DNA of 64,000 nt from Candidatus Poribacteria bacterium (GTDB lineage Bacteria; Poribacteria; WGA-4E; PCPOR2b): contig OZ242326.1 in the NCBI GenBank assembly GCA_965208325.1, positions 3,776,001 through 3,840,000 on the forward strand, in the 5' to 3' direction. The stretch's first letter is position 1, and every line of letters begins with the position of its first letter. This document shows, piece by piece, positions 39,731 through 50,354 of the stretch. The notes beneath the pieces are model-generated. The model saw only the letters and a program-made list of their open reading frames with translations, did not search any database and was not told where the DNA came from. Made by a program: the position numbers and the translations under genes.

Positions 39731-40918
39731 TTGGTTCGAAACTTACCTGATGTCGCGGGGCATTTTGGTGAATTTGGCGGCAGATTTGTCCCGGAAACAT
39801 TGATGTCAGCATTGTTGGAACTTGAAGACGCCTACGCAAATTTAAAAGAAAATGAGGATTTTCAGAAGGAGTTTGAATATCATCTCCGTGAATATGTCGG
39901 CCGGCCAAACCCTCTCTATTACGCTGAGCGTTTGACGGAAGAACTAGGCGGCGCCAAAATCTATCTTAAGCGTGAAGATCTCAATCACACCGGTGCACAC
40001 AAAATCAACAACACCGTTGGGCAAATTTTGCTTGCGCGGCGGATGGGCAAGAAACGGATTATCGCTGAGACGGGGGCTGGACAACATGGCGTTGCAACGG
40101 CGACAGTTACAGCCAAGTTCAAGATTGAATGCGAAATTTTTATGGGCGAAGAGGACATCGAACGGCAAGCCCTGAATGTTTTTCGCATGCAGCTTTTGGG
40201 GGCAACCGTTACACCTGTTTCTTCCGGTTCGCGCACCCTCAAAGATGCCATCAACGCCGCGTTCAGAGATTGGGTGACCAATGTCAGAACAACCCATCTT
40301 CTGATAGGTTCCGTAGTGGGTGCGCATCCATACCCCATGATTGTTCGAGATTTTCAGTCTGTGATTGGCAATGAAACCAGATCCCAAATTCTTGAGAAAG
40401 AGGGGCGGCTGCCAGATTGTATAGTCGCTTGTGTCGGCGGCGGGAGTAACTCAATTGGCATGTTTCATCCGTTTTACGCAGATTCCTCCGTAAACCTAGT
40501 CGGTGTTGAAGCCGCAGGTGAAAGCATCCTCAGCGGAAAGCACGCCGCTCCGCTCTGCGCGGGCAGCATAGGCGTGTTTCATGGCGCCAAATGCTATCTG
40601 TTACAGGAAGACGACGGTCAAATTACGCCCGCACACTCAATTTCAGCTGGACTAGATTATCCGGGTGTTGGTCCCGAACATAGCTACTACCGAGCTACCG
40701 GACGCGCCCAATATGTCTCCATTTCGGATGAGGAGGCAGTGGAAGGCTTTAAACTGCTATCGGAATCGGAAGGCATCATTCCCGCGCTTGAAGCCGCCCA
40801 CGCCATCGCTTACTTGCGCAAACTTGCGCCAACAATGGATCGAGATGAAATTATCGTTTTGTGCCTTTCAGGACGTGGTGATAAAGATGTATACACCGTT
40901 AATTCTAACCCATTGTAG
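39731..40918 (+). CDS. trpB: Tryptophan synthase beta chain
   Basis: [55 protein letters not shown]. Confidence 0.98.
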   Translation: MVRNLPDVAGHFGEFGGRFVPETLMSALLELEDAYANLKENEDFQKEFEYHLREYVGRPNPLYYAERLTEELGGAKIYLKREDLNHTGAHKINNTVGQILLARRMGKKRIIAETGAGQHGVATATVTAKFKIECEIFMGEEDIERQALNVFRMQLLGATVTPVSSGSRTLKDAINAAFRDWVTNVRTTHLLIGSVVGAHPYPMIVRDFQSVIGNETRSQILEKEGRLPDCIVACVGGGSNSIGMFHPFYADSSVNLVGVEAAGESILSGKHAAPLCAGSIGVFHGAKCYLLQEDDGQITPAHSISAGLDYPGVGPEHSYYRATGRAQYVSISDEEAVEGFKLLSESEGIIPALEAAHAIAYLRKLAPTMDRDEIIVLCLSGRGDKDVYTVNSNPL

Positions 40919-41195
40919 GCGTGGCATCTTGCGCTTTCTGCCCAAAGTAGCTTACTATCACCCACAAGTCTCAGGAGGCAGACGCCGTCTGTGTTGGGGC
41001 TAGCAACCATTGATCATTTCGGTATGGTGTAAACTGTGGGAGGGACATCCCTGACCCGATAATCAGGGCTAGGAAGCCCTTCCCACAGGTGCTTCACAGC
41101 ATGGTTACCTCAACAATGAGGTGAGAACATCCGTACCCCATCCGGCTTTGCGGACTTGTTGGTAATATTAAACCATTGTAGGCGTGGCATCTTGC
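40910..41195. repeat. Cluster of REP-like repeats between trpB and trpA
   Basis: Identical 23-bp direct repeat CCATTGTAGGCGTGGCATCTTGC at 40910-40932 and 41173-41195. Inverted pair TGTGGGAGGG and CCCTTCCCACA at about 41036-41087. Confidence 0.75.
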
Positions 41196-41277
41196 CCCGC
41201 ATTCGCTATGAAACGTCAATAAAAAAATTACGTCGTTCAACTGTGTACGTCTTATCAAGTTAAAGGAAAATCAAATT

Positions 41278-42084
41278 TTGAATCGAATTAAGGCGAAGTT
41301 TGAGGAATTACGCCAGCTTGGCAAAAGTGCCTTCATGCCTTTTATTTGTGCCGGGGATCCAACACCTGAATTAAGTCGTAAGCTCTTCAAAGCACTTGAA
41401 GAAGCAGGAGCCGATCTCATCGAGTTTGGCGTGCCGTTTTCTGACCCAATCGCCGACGGACCGACAATTCAGAAGGCGAGCGAACGTGCTTTAGCCCACC
41501 GTATTTCGCTGCGGCAAATCCTCGATCTCGTACGTGAACTCCGTGCGGAATCACAAATTCCAATCGCGCTTATGACTTATTACAACCCAATCTTTCGCAT
41601 GGGAGAAAGTAAATTTTGTGCTGCAGCAGCGGAGGCCGGGATAGATGGAGTCATAATTCCGGATCTTCCGCTGGAAGAGGCGGAATCCCTATTGGAATTG
41701 GCGCCAAAACACAATCTCGCCACAATTCTCCTTGTGACACCGACTAGTCCGCCGGAACGAATTCGCCGCATTGCGTCGGTGAGCACAGGCTTCATCTACT
41801 GTGTCTCAGTGACCGGTGTAACCGGTGCACGGGAGGCACTCTCAGAGGAAATTCGACCCGTTTTGACGAAACTGCGAAAACACACCGACAAACCCGTTTG
41901 CGTCGGATTTGGCATTTCGACGAATGAACAAGCGCATACAGTTGCGCAGATGGCGGATGGTGTTATCGTTGCTAGCGCTATCATTAACGTCATTGAGAGC
42001 CATCTGGGCCATGAGGCGAATATCGTGTCCAACGCGCGGAAATTTGCGGAAGAATTAGCAAAAGGGGTGAAAGGAGAAATTTGA
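41278..42084 (+). CDS. trpA: Tryptophan synthase alpha chain
   Basis: AGDP, EFGVPFSDPIADGPTIQ, MTYYNP, PDLP, GVTG, VGFGIS. Confidence 0.98.
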   Translation: MNRIKAKFEELRQLGKSAFMPFICAGDPTPELSRKLFKALEEAGADLIEFGVPFSDPIADGPTIQKASERALAHRISLRQILDLVRELRAESQIPIALMTYYNPIFRMGESKFCAAAAEAGIDGVIIPDLPLEEAESLLELAPKHNLATILLVTPTSPPERIRRIASVSTGFIYCVSVTGVTGAREALSEEIRPVLTKLRKHTDKPVCVGFGISTNEQAHTVAQMADGVIVASAIINVIESHLGHEANIVSNARKFAEELAKGVKGEI

Positions 42085-42201
42085 AGCAAAAAATGGTTTT
42101 TCCAGACATATTGATGAGAGACGGTTTTTAAACCCTTTAAAATCTAAAGGTTGTGCGCAAAAACATGGCTCAACGCGCCAAAATCAAGAGGAAATTATAC
42201 A

Positions 42202-42663
42202 ATGAAAATCGAAAAACGCCTTGAAGAACTTGGCATTACATTGCCTCCGCCTGCAACGCCCGTGGCAAATTACATCATGGCTACGCAGACGGGAAACATA
42301 ATGTTTACCTCAGGGCACGGTCCCGGCGAAGGTGAAGGCAAAATTTATAAAGGTCAACTTGGAACCGACTTGACGGTTGAGTTTGGATATCAATCTGCAA
42401 GGCAAGTCGGGCTAGGCATCATCAGCACACTCAAACACACGCTCGGAGATCTGGATCGGGTTAAACAAATTTTGAAAGTCCTAGGATTTGTCAATTCAGC
42501 AAGCACGTTTACCGATCAGCCCGCGGTCATCAACGGCGCATCAGATCTGTTCGTAGAGGTATTTGCCGATAAGGGAAAACATGCCCGTTCAGCGGTCGGA
42601 ATGGTACAGTTGCCTGGCGGCATCCCCGTTGAAATCGAGATGGTTGTGGAGATTGAAGGATAG
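42202..42663 (+). CDS. RidA/YjgF/YER057c family protein
   Basis: PVANY, FTSGHG, GFVNS, VINGASDL, HARSAVG..LP..PVEIE. Confidence 0.92.
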   Translation: MKIEKRLEELGITLPPPATPVANYIMATQTGNIMFTSGHGPGEGEGKIYKGQLGTDLTVEFGYQSARQVGLGIISTLKHTLGDLDRVKQILKVLGFVNSASTFTDQPAVINGASDLFVEVFADKGKHARSAVGMVQLPGGIPVEIEMVVEIEG

Positions 42664-42700
42664 GAATTCATTGGACGCGTATCCGTGGCCGCTGCGATTT

Positions 42701-44050
42701 TTATGCCCGAATGATCGCGAGTACGTCGTCTCGCTTCTGCTCCATTAACGTCTTTGTTTTGGCTTCTAGGTTAAGGCGTAACAGTGGTTCAGTGTTGGAT
42801 GGGCGCACGTTACAGTGCCAGTCGTCAAAGGAAATTGAAACGCCGTCCAACCATTCGACTTTGCCGCCATTCCCAAATACCCGAACAATCTCCTTTAATT
42901 TCTCCTTTGCATCGCTTGAAATGCCAGAGTTGATTTCGCCAGAGATGAAATAGGTTGATTCTAGGGGATTGAGTAGTTTGGAGAGTTTCGTCCCCTTTTT
43001 CGAGAGCATCTCTAAAATTACGAGAGAGGGTAAAATGCCGGAATCGGCGCAAAAGAAATCTCTAAAGTAATAATGGCCCGTCACCTCTCCGCCAAAGATG
43101 GCATTTTCTTTTGCCATTCGGTTTTTCATGAATGCGTGTCCTACGCGCTCCATTAAGGGGGTCCCCCCAGCTGCAGTGATGAGGTCGGGTACTGCCCATG
43201 AAGAGCGGACATCATAAAGAATTTTGCCTCCCGCGTATTTGTCCAAAAGGTATTGCCCCATTAGTGCAGTTATGAAGTCACCGGGCACAAAGGCGCCACG
43301 TTCATCAATAGCGAAAAATCGGTCACCGTCTCCATCAAAGGCAAAACCCGCATCAGCACCCTCCGCAACAACAAGCTGTTGTAATTCCGCCCGATTTTCG
43401 GGTTGGAGCGGATCGAGCCCATGATTCGGCAAACTGCCGTCAGGTTCCAGATACATCCCAATTAAGTTGATTGAAGGAAGGCATCGGTAAATCTGCTTGA
43501 GAATCGGTCCGACAACACCGTTGCCGGTATCAGCGATGACCTTGAGCCGTGAGATTGCATCCACATCAATTAAACTCAAAACCTTTTCCACAAATTCTTC
43601 TCTCAAGTCCTCGTAAGTCATTCTGCCTCGGTGAGTCGGTTTAGGAAACTGCTCCGCTGCAATGATTCGCCGTATTGCTTGAATCCCTTCATCGCCGCTC
43701 AGAAGCTGGGGCATCTTTTTCACCATTTTGAAACCGTTATACTGGGCGGGGTTATGAGATGCTGTTACCACGATGCCTGGGAGTCCTAGTGTTGCGCAGG
43801 CATGGTAATATTCGTCTGTGCTGACCAGGCCAATGTTTATAACATCTGCCCCCTGATCCATCAAACCGCTTGCTAATGCTTCAGACAGTTGCGGGCTTGA
43901 AAGACGCATATCCCGCCCAACGATAACTTTGCCAACTTTGAGGTAACTCACAAAGGCGCGGCCAATCGAATAGGCGATGTCTTCATTTAGGTCAACAGGG
44001 TAAATTCCCCGGATATCATACGCTTTGAAAATGTCAGGATTCGCTCGCAT
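42701..44050 (-). CDS. Phosphomannomutase/phosphoglucomutase
   Basis: FKAYDIRG, TASHNP, FDGDGDR, GGEVTGH, VRPSNTEP. Confidence 0.95.
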   Translation of the reverse strand: MRANPDIFKAYDIRGIYPVDLNEDIAYSIGRAFVSYLKVGKVIVGRDMRLSSPQLSEALASGLMDQGADVINIGLVSTDEYYHACATLGLPGIVVTASHNPAQYNGFKMVKKMPQLLSGDEGIQAIRRIIAAEQFPKPTHRGRMTYEDLREEFVEKVLSLIDVDAISRLKVIADTGNGVVGPILKQIYRCLPSINLIGMYLEPDGSLPNHGLDPLQPENRAELQQLVVAEGADAGFAFDGDGDRFFAIDERGAFVPGDFITALMGQYLLDKYAGGKILYDVRSSWAVPDLITAAGGTPLMERVGHAFMKNRMAKENAIFGGEVTGHYYFRDFFCADSGILPSLVILEMLSKKGTKLSKLLNPLESTYFISGEINSGISSDAKEKLKEIVRVFGNGGKVEWLDGVSISFDDWHCNVRPSNTEPLLRLNLEAKTKTLMEQKRDDVLAIIRA

Positions 44051-44179
44051 TTTAACGGCTTTTACGTTCTTGTCGGTATGGGGCAAAATTCCTCCTTCGA
44101 ACTGCTATGGCACATCTGCAATACAATTACCAGTGAATTTTTGCTCCGAGAAATCTCACGCAAATTAGAGAGGAAATCA

Positions 44180-45373
44180 ATGACAATTCAGGTTGTTAAA
44201 CCCCGAATTCGAGGTTTTATTGGCACCAACGCACACCCTATCGGGTGCAGAAAAAATGTACAGAATCAAATTGACTATATCAAAGAAAGCGTTTCGCCAA
44301 AACAATTGGATCTCAACGTGCTCATTGTCGGCGCGACGGGTGGATACGGTTTAGCCTCCCGCATTGCATTAACGTGGAGCTATGGCGCAAAAACGGTTGG
44401 CGTTTTCTTTGAACGTCCACCTGATGAGAAGCGGACTGCGACTGCGGGCTACTATGACTCGGCTGCCTTCCATCAACTGGCACGGGCGAACGGCATCTTC
44501 GCCGAAAGCATCAATGGCGATGCATTCTCCAATGACATCAAACGAGACACAATACATCGCATCAAGCGCAATATGGGCAAAGTTGATTTACTGGTTTATA
44601 GCATCGCGGCGCCGAGGCGTATCCACCCGAGCACAGGTATCGAACATCGGTCAGTCCTAAAACCAATCGGTCGCTCTTACGTGGGTAAAACTATAGATTT
44701 GCAGCGTGAAACCGTCACCCAAGTCACCGTGGAGCCCGCAAATGAGCAGGAGATTTCAGATACCACGGCTGTAATGGGCGGCGCGGATTTGGAGTTATGG
44801 GTTGAGGCGCTTCTCACCGAGAATCTTCTTGCATCGGAATCTACAGTTGTGGCTTATTCCTACATTGGCCCCGAACTCACATGGCCAATCTATCGCAGTG
44901 GAACAATTGGTAGGGCAAAAGAGGATCTCGCCAACTCCATCAATAATCTGAATCGCCAACTCAGCAACAAACTGGGCGGCCATGCCTACATATCGGTCAA
45001 TAAAGCCGTAGTTACCCAAGCGTCAGCGGCTATTCCAGTGGTGCCGCTGTACATCAGTGTGCTCTACGATATCATGAATGCTAAGGGGATTAACGAAGCC
45101 CCGGTTGCTCAGATGGATCGGCTTTTCAACCAACACCTAGGTCCTAATCAGACTCCGACGCTCGACGCCGAGCGGCTAATCCGACTCGATGATCGGGAAC
45201 TGCGTCCGGACGTAACCGAAGAGGTAATGCGTCGATGGGAGATGATAAACACAGACAATTTCCGAAATCTCTCTGACTACGGCGGCTTTAAGCGCGGCTT
45301 ACGCAACCTGTTCGGTTTTGATGTCGAAGGTGTAAAATACGATGAAGCCGTGGAAACTGACGTTAAGTTATAA
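44180..45373 (+). CDS. fabV: Enoyl-ACP / trans-2-enoyl-CoA reductase FabV
   Basis: AHPIGC, GYGLASRI, INGDAFS, YSYIGPELTWPIY..GTIGRAK, VTQASAAIP, LFGF. Confidence 0.95.
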   Translation: MTIQVVKPRIRGFIGTNAHPIGCRKNVQNQIDYIKESVSPKQLDLNVLIVGATGGYGLASRIALTWSYGAKTVGVFFERPPDEKRTATAGYYDSAAFHQLARANGIFAESINGDAFSNDIKRDTIHRIKRNMGKVDLLVYSIAAPRRIHPSTGIEHRSVLKPIGRSYVGKTIDLQRETVTQVTVEPANEQEISDTTAVMGGADLELWVEALLTENLLASESTVVAYSYIGPELTWPIYRSGTIGRAKEDLANSINNLNRQLSNKLGGHAYISVNKAVVTQASAAIPVVPLYISVLYDIMNAKGINEAPVAQMDRLFNQHLGPNQTPTLDAERLIRLDDRELRPDVTEEVMRRWEMINTDNFRNLSDYGGFKRGLRNLFGFDVEGVKYDEAVETDVKL

Positions 45374-45649
45374 CATAAGCCAAACAGGCTTCAGAATCAC
45401 AATGCATTAATTCCTAACGAGCACAGTCCGTATCCACTGCATAGGCTCAGTTGCAACAGAAATGCGAAGGAGTGGGGTTTCACTCGACTGCAAGTAGGCC
45501 GAGGCGGGGAATTGGTTAGCAGGGTTAAATCTGAAATCTTATAGACTGTCTTTAATTGTGAAGGAGTTAGCAACAAAGACTATTGCCTCGCCGCATGTTC
45601 CGGCCGCTTCGTTCATTCTATAAATGCGGTACGGTCATGCTCAAGGCAT

Positions 45650-46672
45650 TTAGCCCTTAATGTCAATAACAATCCGCGCATCCGCACCGCCGCTTCTCAT
45701 AAATTCAAGTGCTTCATTCGCTTCGTCAAGCGGAAAGGTTCTCGTAATAGGTGGTTCGATGATACCTTCTGCAAGCATCTCTATGGAGTCGGCGATGTCT
45801 TGTTTAGATCCGTTCCGGCTTCCAATAATCTCTAATTCTCGCTGCGCAATTTGAATCGTGTCAATCGCAGGAAATTCAGGCTCTTCTCCAATGACGATAA
45901 TTTGTCCCTGCCGCATGAGGTAGTCCGCACTCTGTTTCATGGTTGAAGCAGTGCCAACACAATCGAAAACGCACTGGGCGCCAGTGCCGCCCGCGAACTC
46001 CCGAATTTTGTCCGTTGTGTCGGGTGCGTTAGCATTGAGAGCAAGTTGAGCGCCAAGTTGCATCGCGAGGTCGAGTTTCCCTTGAGAACGGCTCGTCGCG
46101 ACTGTTTTCACTCCTGCCTTGACAAGGATCGGGATTAAACTCTGCGCAACCCCTCCCGCGCCTATCACTACAGCGGTGTCATTGGGTCCCAATCGTGCAC
46201 GCCGAAATCCGTGCACCGCCGTAATGACAGCGCAACTGATTAAGCCGCCCGTCTCGAAAGGCACATTATCGGGCAGCGTGAACAGGTTTTCTGCGGGCAC
46301 CACAAAATACTCCGCAAAGGCGCCGTTCACAAGCACACCTACTAGCCCTTGCAAGTCCGCGCACTGGGCGTCCTGACCAATCCGGCAATAATAGCATTCC
46401 CGACAGGTGATAAATAGATGGGGTACGACGCGTTGTCCCACCTCCAAACCGGTTACGTTTTCACCCACTGCTGCCACAGTCCCTGCAGGTTCATGGCCCG
46501 GTATGTGCGGGAGTTCAGGGATGTACGCCAATCCGTCATATACATGTAGGTCTGTGCGGCAAATCCCGCAAGATTTGGTTTCCACCAATACTTCGTCCGG
46601 ACCAATCTCCGGTGTTGGAACTTCTTCGATTCGCAATGGTTTTCCAATTTCGTGTAATACTGCCGCTTTCAT
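45650..46672 (-). CDS. Zinc-dependent alcohol dehydrogenase family protein
   Basis: CGICRTDLH, GHE, CRECYYC..C, GAGG. Confidence 0.93.
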   Translation of the reverse strand: MKAAVLHEIGKPLRIEEVPTPEIGPDEVLVETKSCGICRTDLHVYDGLAYIPELPHIPGHEPAGTVAAVGENVTGLEVGQRVVPHLFITCRECYYCRIGQDAQCADLQGLVGVLVNGAFAEYFVVPAENLFTLPDNVPFETGGLISCAVITAVHGFRRARLGPNDTAVVIGAGGVAQSLIPILVKAGVKTVATSRSQGKLDLAMQLGAQLALNANAPDTTDKIREFAGGTGAQCVFDCVGTASTMKQSADYLMRQGQIIVIGEEPEFPAIDTIQIAQRELEIIGSRNGSKQDIADSIEMLAEGIIEPPITRTFPLDEANEALEFMRSGGADARIVIDIKG

Positions 46673-46988
46673 GTAGTCTCCATTTATAAAATCTAGTGGT
46701 CTCTCTCGCCAATTTGAGAAAGGGAACGAATAAAATTGTGTGGGTAACTGATTTGGATGTGGTCCTACCTGTTGAGAACCGTTACAGAGTGCAACTATCC
46801 GGTTTGCTTAGGTCATGAGACAAAAGTGGTGGGGTGAAACAGCTGCCAGCAGAGGAATCGGTAGGAGCATCGGGGCACGAGGTTTTTACGGCAAATGGCT
46901 GTGAAAAATGCTGGTATACTTCTCGGACGAAGGAAAGGACCCGCCGCCTAACTCATAGTTCTGTACACCATTGAATTTCGTAACTTGC

Positions 46989-47025
46989 AATTAAGGGGGC
47001 ACGATGTACAGGCGCCCCCTTAATT
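46989..47025 (-). terminator. Stem-loop downstream of the LamG triplet
   Basis: AATTAAGGGGGC pairs with GCCCCCTTAATT (12-bp stem). Confidence 0.55.
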
Positions 47026-47057
47026 ACAAAAATGGTGAAACACCTTAGAACTGCAAA

Positions 47058-47852
47058 CTATTTCAGAGCTTTAAGTTGCGCCCAAGTTGTAGCCGCTTTA
47101 CCTGATGCTTCGACAGCAGTGGGTCCGCCGCCAATGTGCGCCATCAGCCCATCGTTCATCAGCGCCATAATCTCATCGTCGCCGAGGACAGTGTTGAAGA
47201 TTGCGAAATCATCAATGGCACCGGCGAAAGAGCTGCCTGGCCTGCCGCCAATGTGAAATGTGCCATCACCGTGTATGAAGGTACCCGACATCTCAGCCAT
47301 GCCTGATTGTTCGCCGTTTCTCAGTACTCTCATATAGTTTCCGGCGGCGCTGTGGATAAATGCCCAGTGCTCCCATAAGCCGATATGGGAGTCATCAATA
47401 CCGCCGGCGCCAATCCCGTTCGGTCCAAATTGCCAAATCACCGCTGAACCAGCGTCAACCCAAGGTAAGTGGGCTGTGATACGTCCGCCATTAATCTCAA
47501 GCGGATCAAAACTGAAAAGGTCTTGATTTTGAACAACGTCTACTCGCGCCCACACTATAATCGTTATTTCTTCCGTCGGCACATGGTTGGCAAAGTCGGT
47601 AATCTGGATTGTATCACCGAGGTTCGAAAAAACCACAGCCATACCGTGCATTCCAGACATCCATTCTCCGCCGCTGGTTAGCTCGCCATCATAGCCGTTC
47701 CCCGATGAGTCAGAGGCATCTCCATCCAGCATCCAAGCCGCAACAAGTGAATCAGGGTTCTTTAGGGCATCACTTTGCCCAACCAAAATCAACCCAAAAA
47801 GGAAGAAACTAACAACAAATGCAAAGCCAAGTTTTGCTTTGATGTCAAACAT
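47058..47852 (-). CDS. Secreted LamG/concanavalin-like jellyroll protein (paralog 3)
   Basis: Signal peptide, DSSGNGYDG, FAGAIDDFAIFN, C-terminal AVEASGKAATTWAQLK. Confidence 0.9.
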   Translation of the reverse strand: MFDIKAKLGFAFVVSFFLFGLILVGQSDALKNPDSLVAAWMLDGDASDSSGNGYDGELTSGGEWMSGMHGMAVVFSNLGDTIQITDFANHVPTEEITIIVWARVDVVQNQDLFSFDPLEINGGRITAHLPWVDAGSAVIWQFGPNGIGAGGIDDSHIGLWEHWAFIHSAAGNYMRVLRNGEQSGMAEMSGTFIHGDGTFHIGGRPGSSFAGAIDDFAIFNTVLGDDEIMALMNDGLMAHIGGGPTAVEASGKAATTWAQLKALK

Positions 47853-47960
47853 TTTCTACAGCCTCCATTACTGTTTTCCGTTCTCTTCAGAACGTCAGTT
47901 CTGAAGAGAACGGGCTAACATCAACAATGCGACTTTGTTGATATTAATAAAGGCTACAGA

Positions 47961-48752
47961 CTATTTCAAAGCCTTAAGGTGCCCCCAAGTCGTAGCCGCT
48001 TTTCCAGACCGATCGACAGCGGTTGCGCCGCCGATGTGCGCCATGATTCCATCGTTCATCAGCGCGCTAATTTCATCGGCGCCGAGGACTGCGTTGAATA
48101 TTGCGAACTCATCAACGGCACCAGCGAACGAGTTGCCAAGTCTGCCGCCAATGTGAAAATTCGCTTCCGCGTTCTCAAAGGCGGCCGAGTCGTCGTTACT
48201 GCTCGCTTCCTCACCGTTCCTAAATATCGCCATTCGGTTTTCAGCTACGCTGTGGGTAAATGCCCAATGTTCCCATGAGCCGACTATCGAGTCGTCGATT
48301 CCAGCTGGTGGAGTCCCCGTAAAAGGCGATCCAAATTGCCAATGGACCGCATTATCCCAGGGCATATGCGATGTAACGCGGCCGCGGTTGCCTACTTCAA
48401 GCGGCTCAAGACTGAAGTAGTCTTGGTTCACCAGCTCGTCTATACGCGCCCAACCCAAAATCGTTATTTCCTCTGACGGAATAATATTTCCGAATCCGGT
48501 AATCTGGACGGTATCACCGAGGCCTGGAAAATCGACAGCCATGCCGTGCTTACCGGCAATCCATTCGGCACCGCCGGATAGTTCGCCGTGGTGGTCATTT
48601 CCCGATGCGTCATTGGTGTCTCCATCAAGCAGCCACGCGCCAACTAGCGAATCGGGGTTCTTAAGGGCATCACCGTGCCCAATCAATATCAACCCAAAAA
48701 CAACCAAACTAATAACACACCCGAAGGTGAGTTTTGTTTTGATGCTATACAT
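47961..48752 (-). CDS. Secreted LamG/concanavalin-like jellyroll protein (paralog 2)
   Basis: DASGNDHHG, FAGAVDEFAIFN, C-terminal AVDRSGKAATTWGHLK. Confidence 0.9.
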   Translation of the reverse strand: MYSIKTKLTFGCVISLVVFGLILIGHGDALKNPDSLVGAWLLDGDTNDASGNDHHGELSGGAEWIAGKHGMAVDFPGLGDTVQITGFGNIIPSEEITILGWARIDELVNQDYFSLEPLEVGNRGRVTSHMPWDNAVHWQFGSPFTGTPPAGIDDSIVGSWEHWAFTHSVAENRMAIFRNGEEASSNDDSAAFENAEANFHIGGRLGNSFAGAVDEFAIFNAVLGADEISALMNDGIMAHIGGATAVDRSGKAATTWGHLKALK

Positions 48753-48889
48753 TAGGTAAAACCTCCATATCTGTTTTCCATTAACGTCAGAAGGCTAGTT
48801 CTGACGATAACAGAATTTCAAATTAAGTTAAAAAACGCTGGAACTTTATTTCTAAACAACAACTATGGCAGCCTACCTCGAGTCAAAAC

Positions 48890-49717
48890 CTATTTCAGAA
48901 CTTTCAGGTTTGCCCATTTTGTAGCCGCCTTTCCAGACGGTTCAACAGCAATACCGCCATTTCCGCCTGCGATGTGCGCCATGATTCCATCGTTCATTAG
49001 CGCGTTAATTTCTTCGCCATCAAGGACCGCACTGAAAATTGCGAAATCGTCAATGGCGCCCGCGAAAGAAATATGTTCATCCGCATGCGTACCTAGTCTG
49101 CCGCCGATGTGAAAATTTGCCTCACCCGGTATAAACGCCTTAAAGGCCTGCTGGTTGAGTACTTCCTCGCCGTTTTTATAAACTGCCATGTATTTTCCAG
49201 CGACGCTGTGGATGAATGCCCAGTGGTTCCATTCGCCGACAGCAGAATCGTCGATACTTACGTCAGCCGTGGGGAATATACCTGTAAAAGGCGTTCCGAA
49301 TTGCCAATGGACTTTGTTATCCCAAGGCATGTGCGTTGTTACACGGCCTTGGTCGCCAACATGAAGCGGCTCAAAACTGAAAAAGTCTTGATTCCTTATC
49401 TTGTCAATTCGCGCCCACGAAATAATCGTTATCTCCTCTGTAGGCATGACGGTTCCAAATCCGGTAATTTGGATTGTATCCCCATCGCCTGGAAGACCGG
49501 CAGCCATTCCGAACTTTCCGGCAATCCATTCGGGCGCTCCGGTTAATTCTCCGTGATAATCATTCCCCGATGAATCGTTGGCGTCGCCGTCAAGAAACCA
49601 GGCCCCCAAAACAGAATCGGGGTCTTTGAGGGCATCACTTTGCCCTACAAGTATCAATCCGAAAACAACGAAGCTGAAAATACACCCGAAGGTGAATTTT
49701 GCTTTGATGTTATACAT
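48890..49717 (-). CDS. Secreted LamG/concanavalin-like jellyroll protein (paralog 1)
   Basis: DSSGNDYHG, FAGAIDDFAIFS, C-terminal AVEPSGKAATKWANLK. Confidence 0.9.
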   Translation of the reverse strand: MYNIKAKFTFGCIFSFVVFGLILVGQSDALKDPDSVLGAWFLDGDANDSSGNDYHGELTGAPEWIAGKFGMAAGLPGDGDTIQITGFGTVMPTEEITIISWARIDKIRNQDFFSFEPLHVGDQGRVTTHMPWDNKVHWQFGTPFTGIFPTADVSIDDSAVGEWNHWAFIHSVAGKYMAVYKNGEEVLNQQAFKAFIPGEANFHIGGRLGTHADEHISFAGAIDDFAIFSAVLDGEEINALMNDGIMAHIAGGNGGIAVEPSGKAATKWANLKVLK

Positions 49718-49893
49718 CTAAACTACCTCCATCATCGTTTTCCGCTCTCATTGGTCAGTCAGTTCTGACCAAAAACGGAAATTACCTTAAGACCAACAAT
49801 GTTAGAATCTATATTATTCACAATTATTCGCAGCGGCACAGCAAATGCGCCCTACGGAAATGTAGATATACTCACTCGGATTATACAAGACAC

Positions 49894-49922
49894 AGTATAA
49901 ATGAAAAAGAAAAAATTGTCAA
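49894..49922 (-). promoter_or_regulatory. Sigma70 promoter for the LamG triplet
   Basis: TTGACA-17 nt-TATACT on the minus strand. Confidence 0.7.
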
Positions 49923-50354
49923 CAGGAATTATTTTCCTTCACTACAAAAATTCTCGTGGTTCTTTAGGTGCTTAAATCGAAATCTACTATCAACACTTTG
50001 TTTTCAGGAATGACGCATCTTCTACAAGTTTCTGAATTTACAAATGTCTTATCCACGGTACATTTGCCATTATACCTGTTAAAATCTAACTGTTCGTTCT
50101 AGCAATCTACTGAAGACAAATTCCATTTGACGCCGCTTGTAAGATTTAAAATGGAAAAGTAGTCAGTCGCTGTCAAATAAACGTCCGAATCCCATCATCG
50201 TTTCGTAGATATTCATTAATCATTACAGAAATGCCCCGTAGTCGATTTTCCAGTCCATCGCGGCGGCCGGGACAATATATAACCGATCGACCGGAAAACG
50301 GGTCCGTGTCCGAACCTGCCGGAACAAGTCCGCCGCCAATTTCATTCCACACCT

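Noticed and set aside
50223..50345. 40-codon minus-strand ORF (MKLAADLFRQ...) after the AraD1-family gene
   Set aside because: It has a plausible RBS but no recognisable motif, and is too short to support without homology data.
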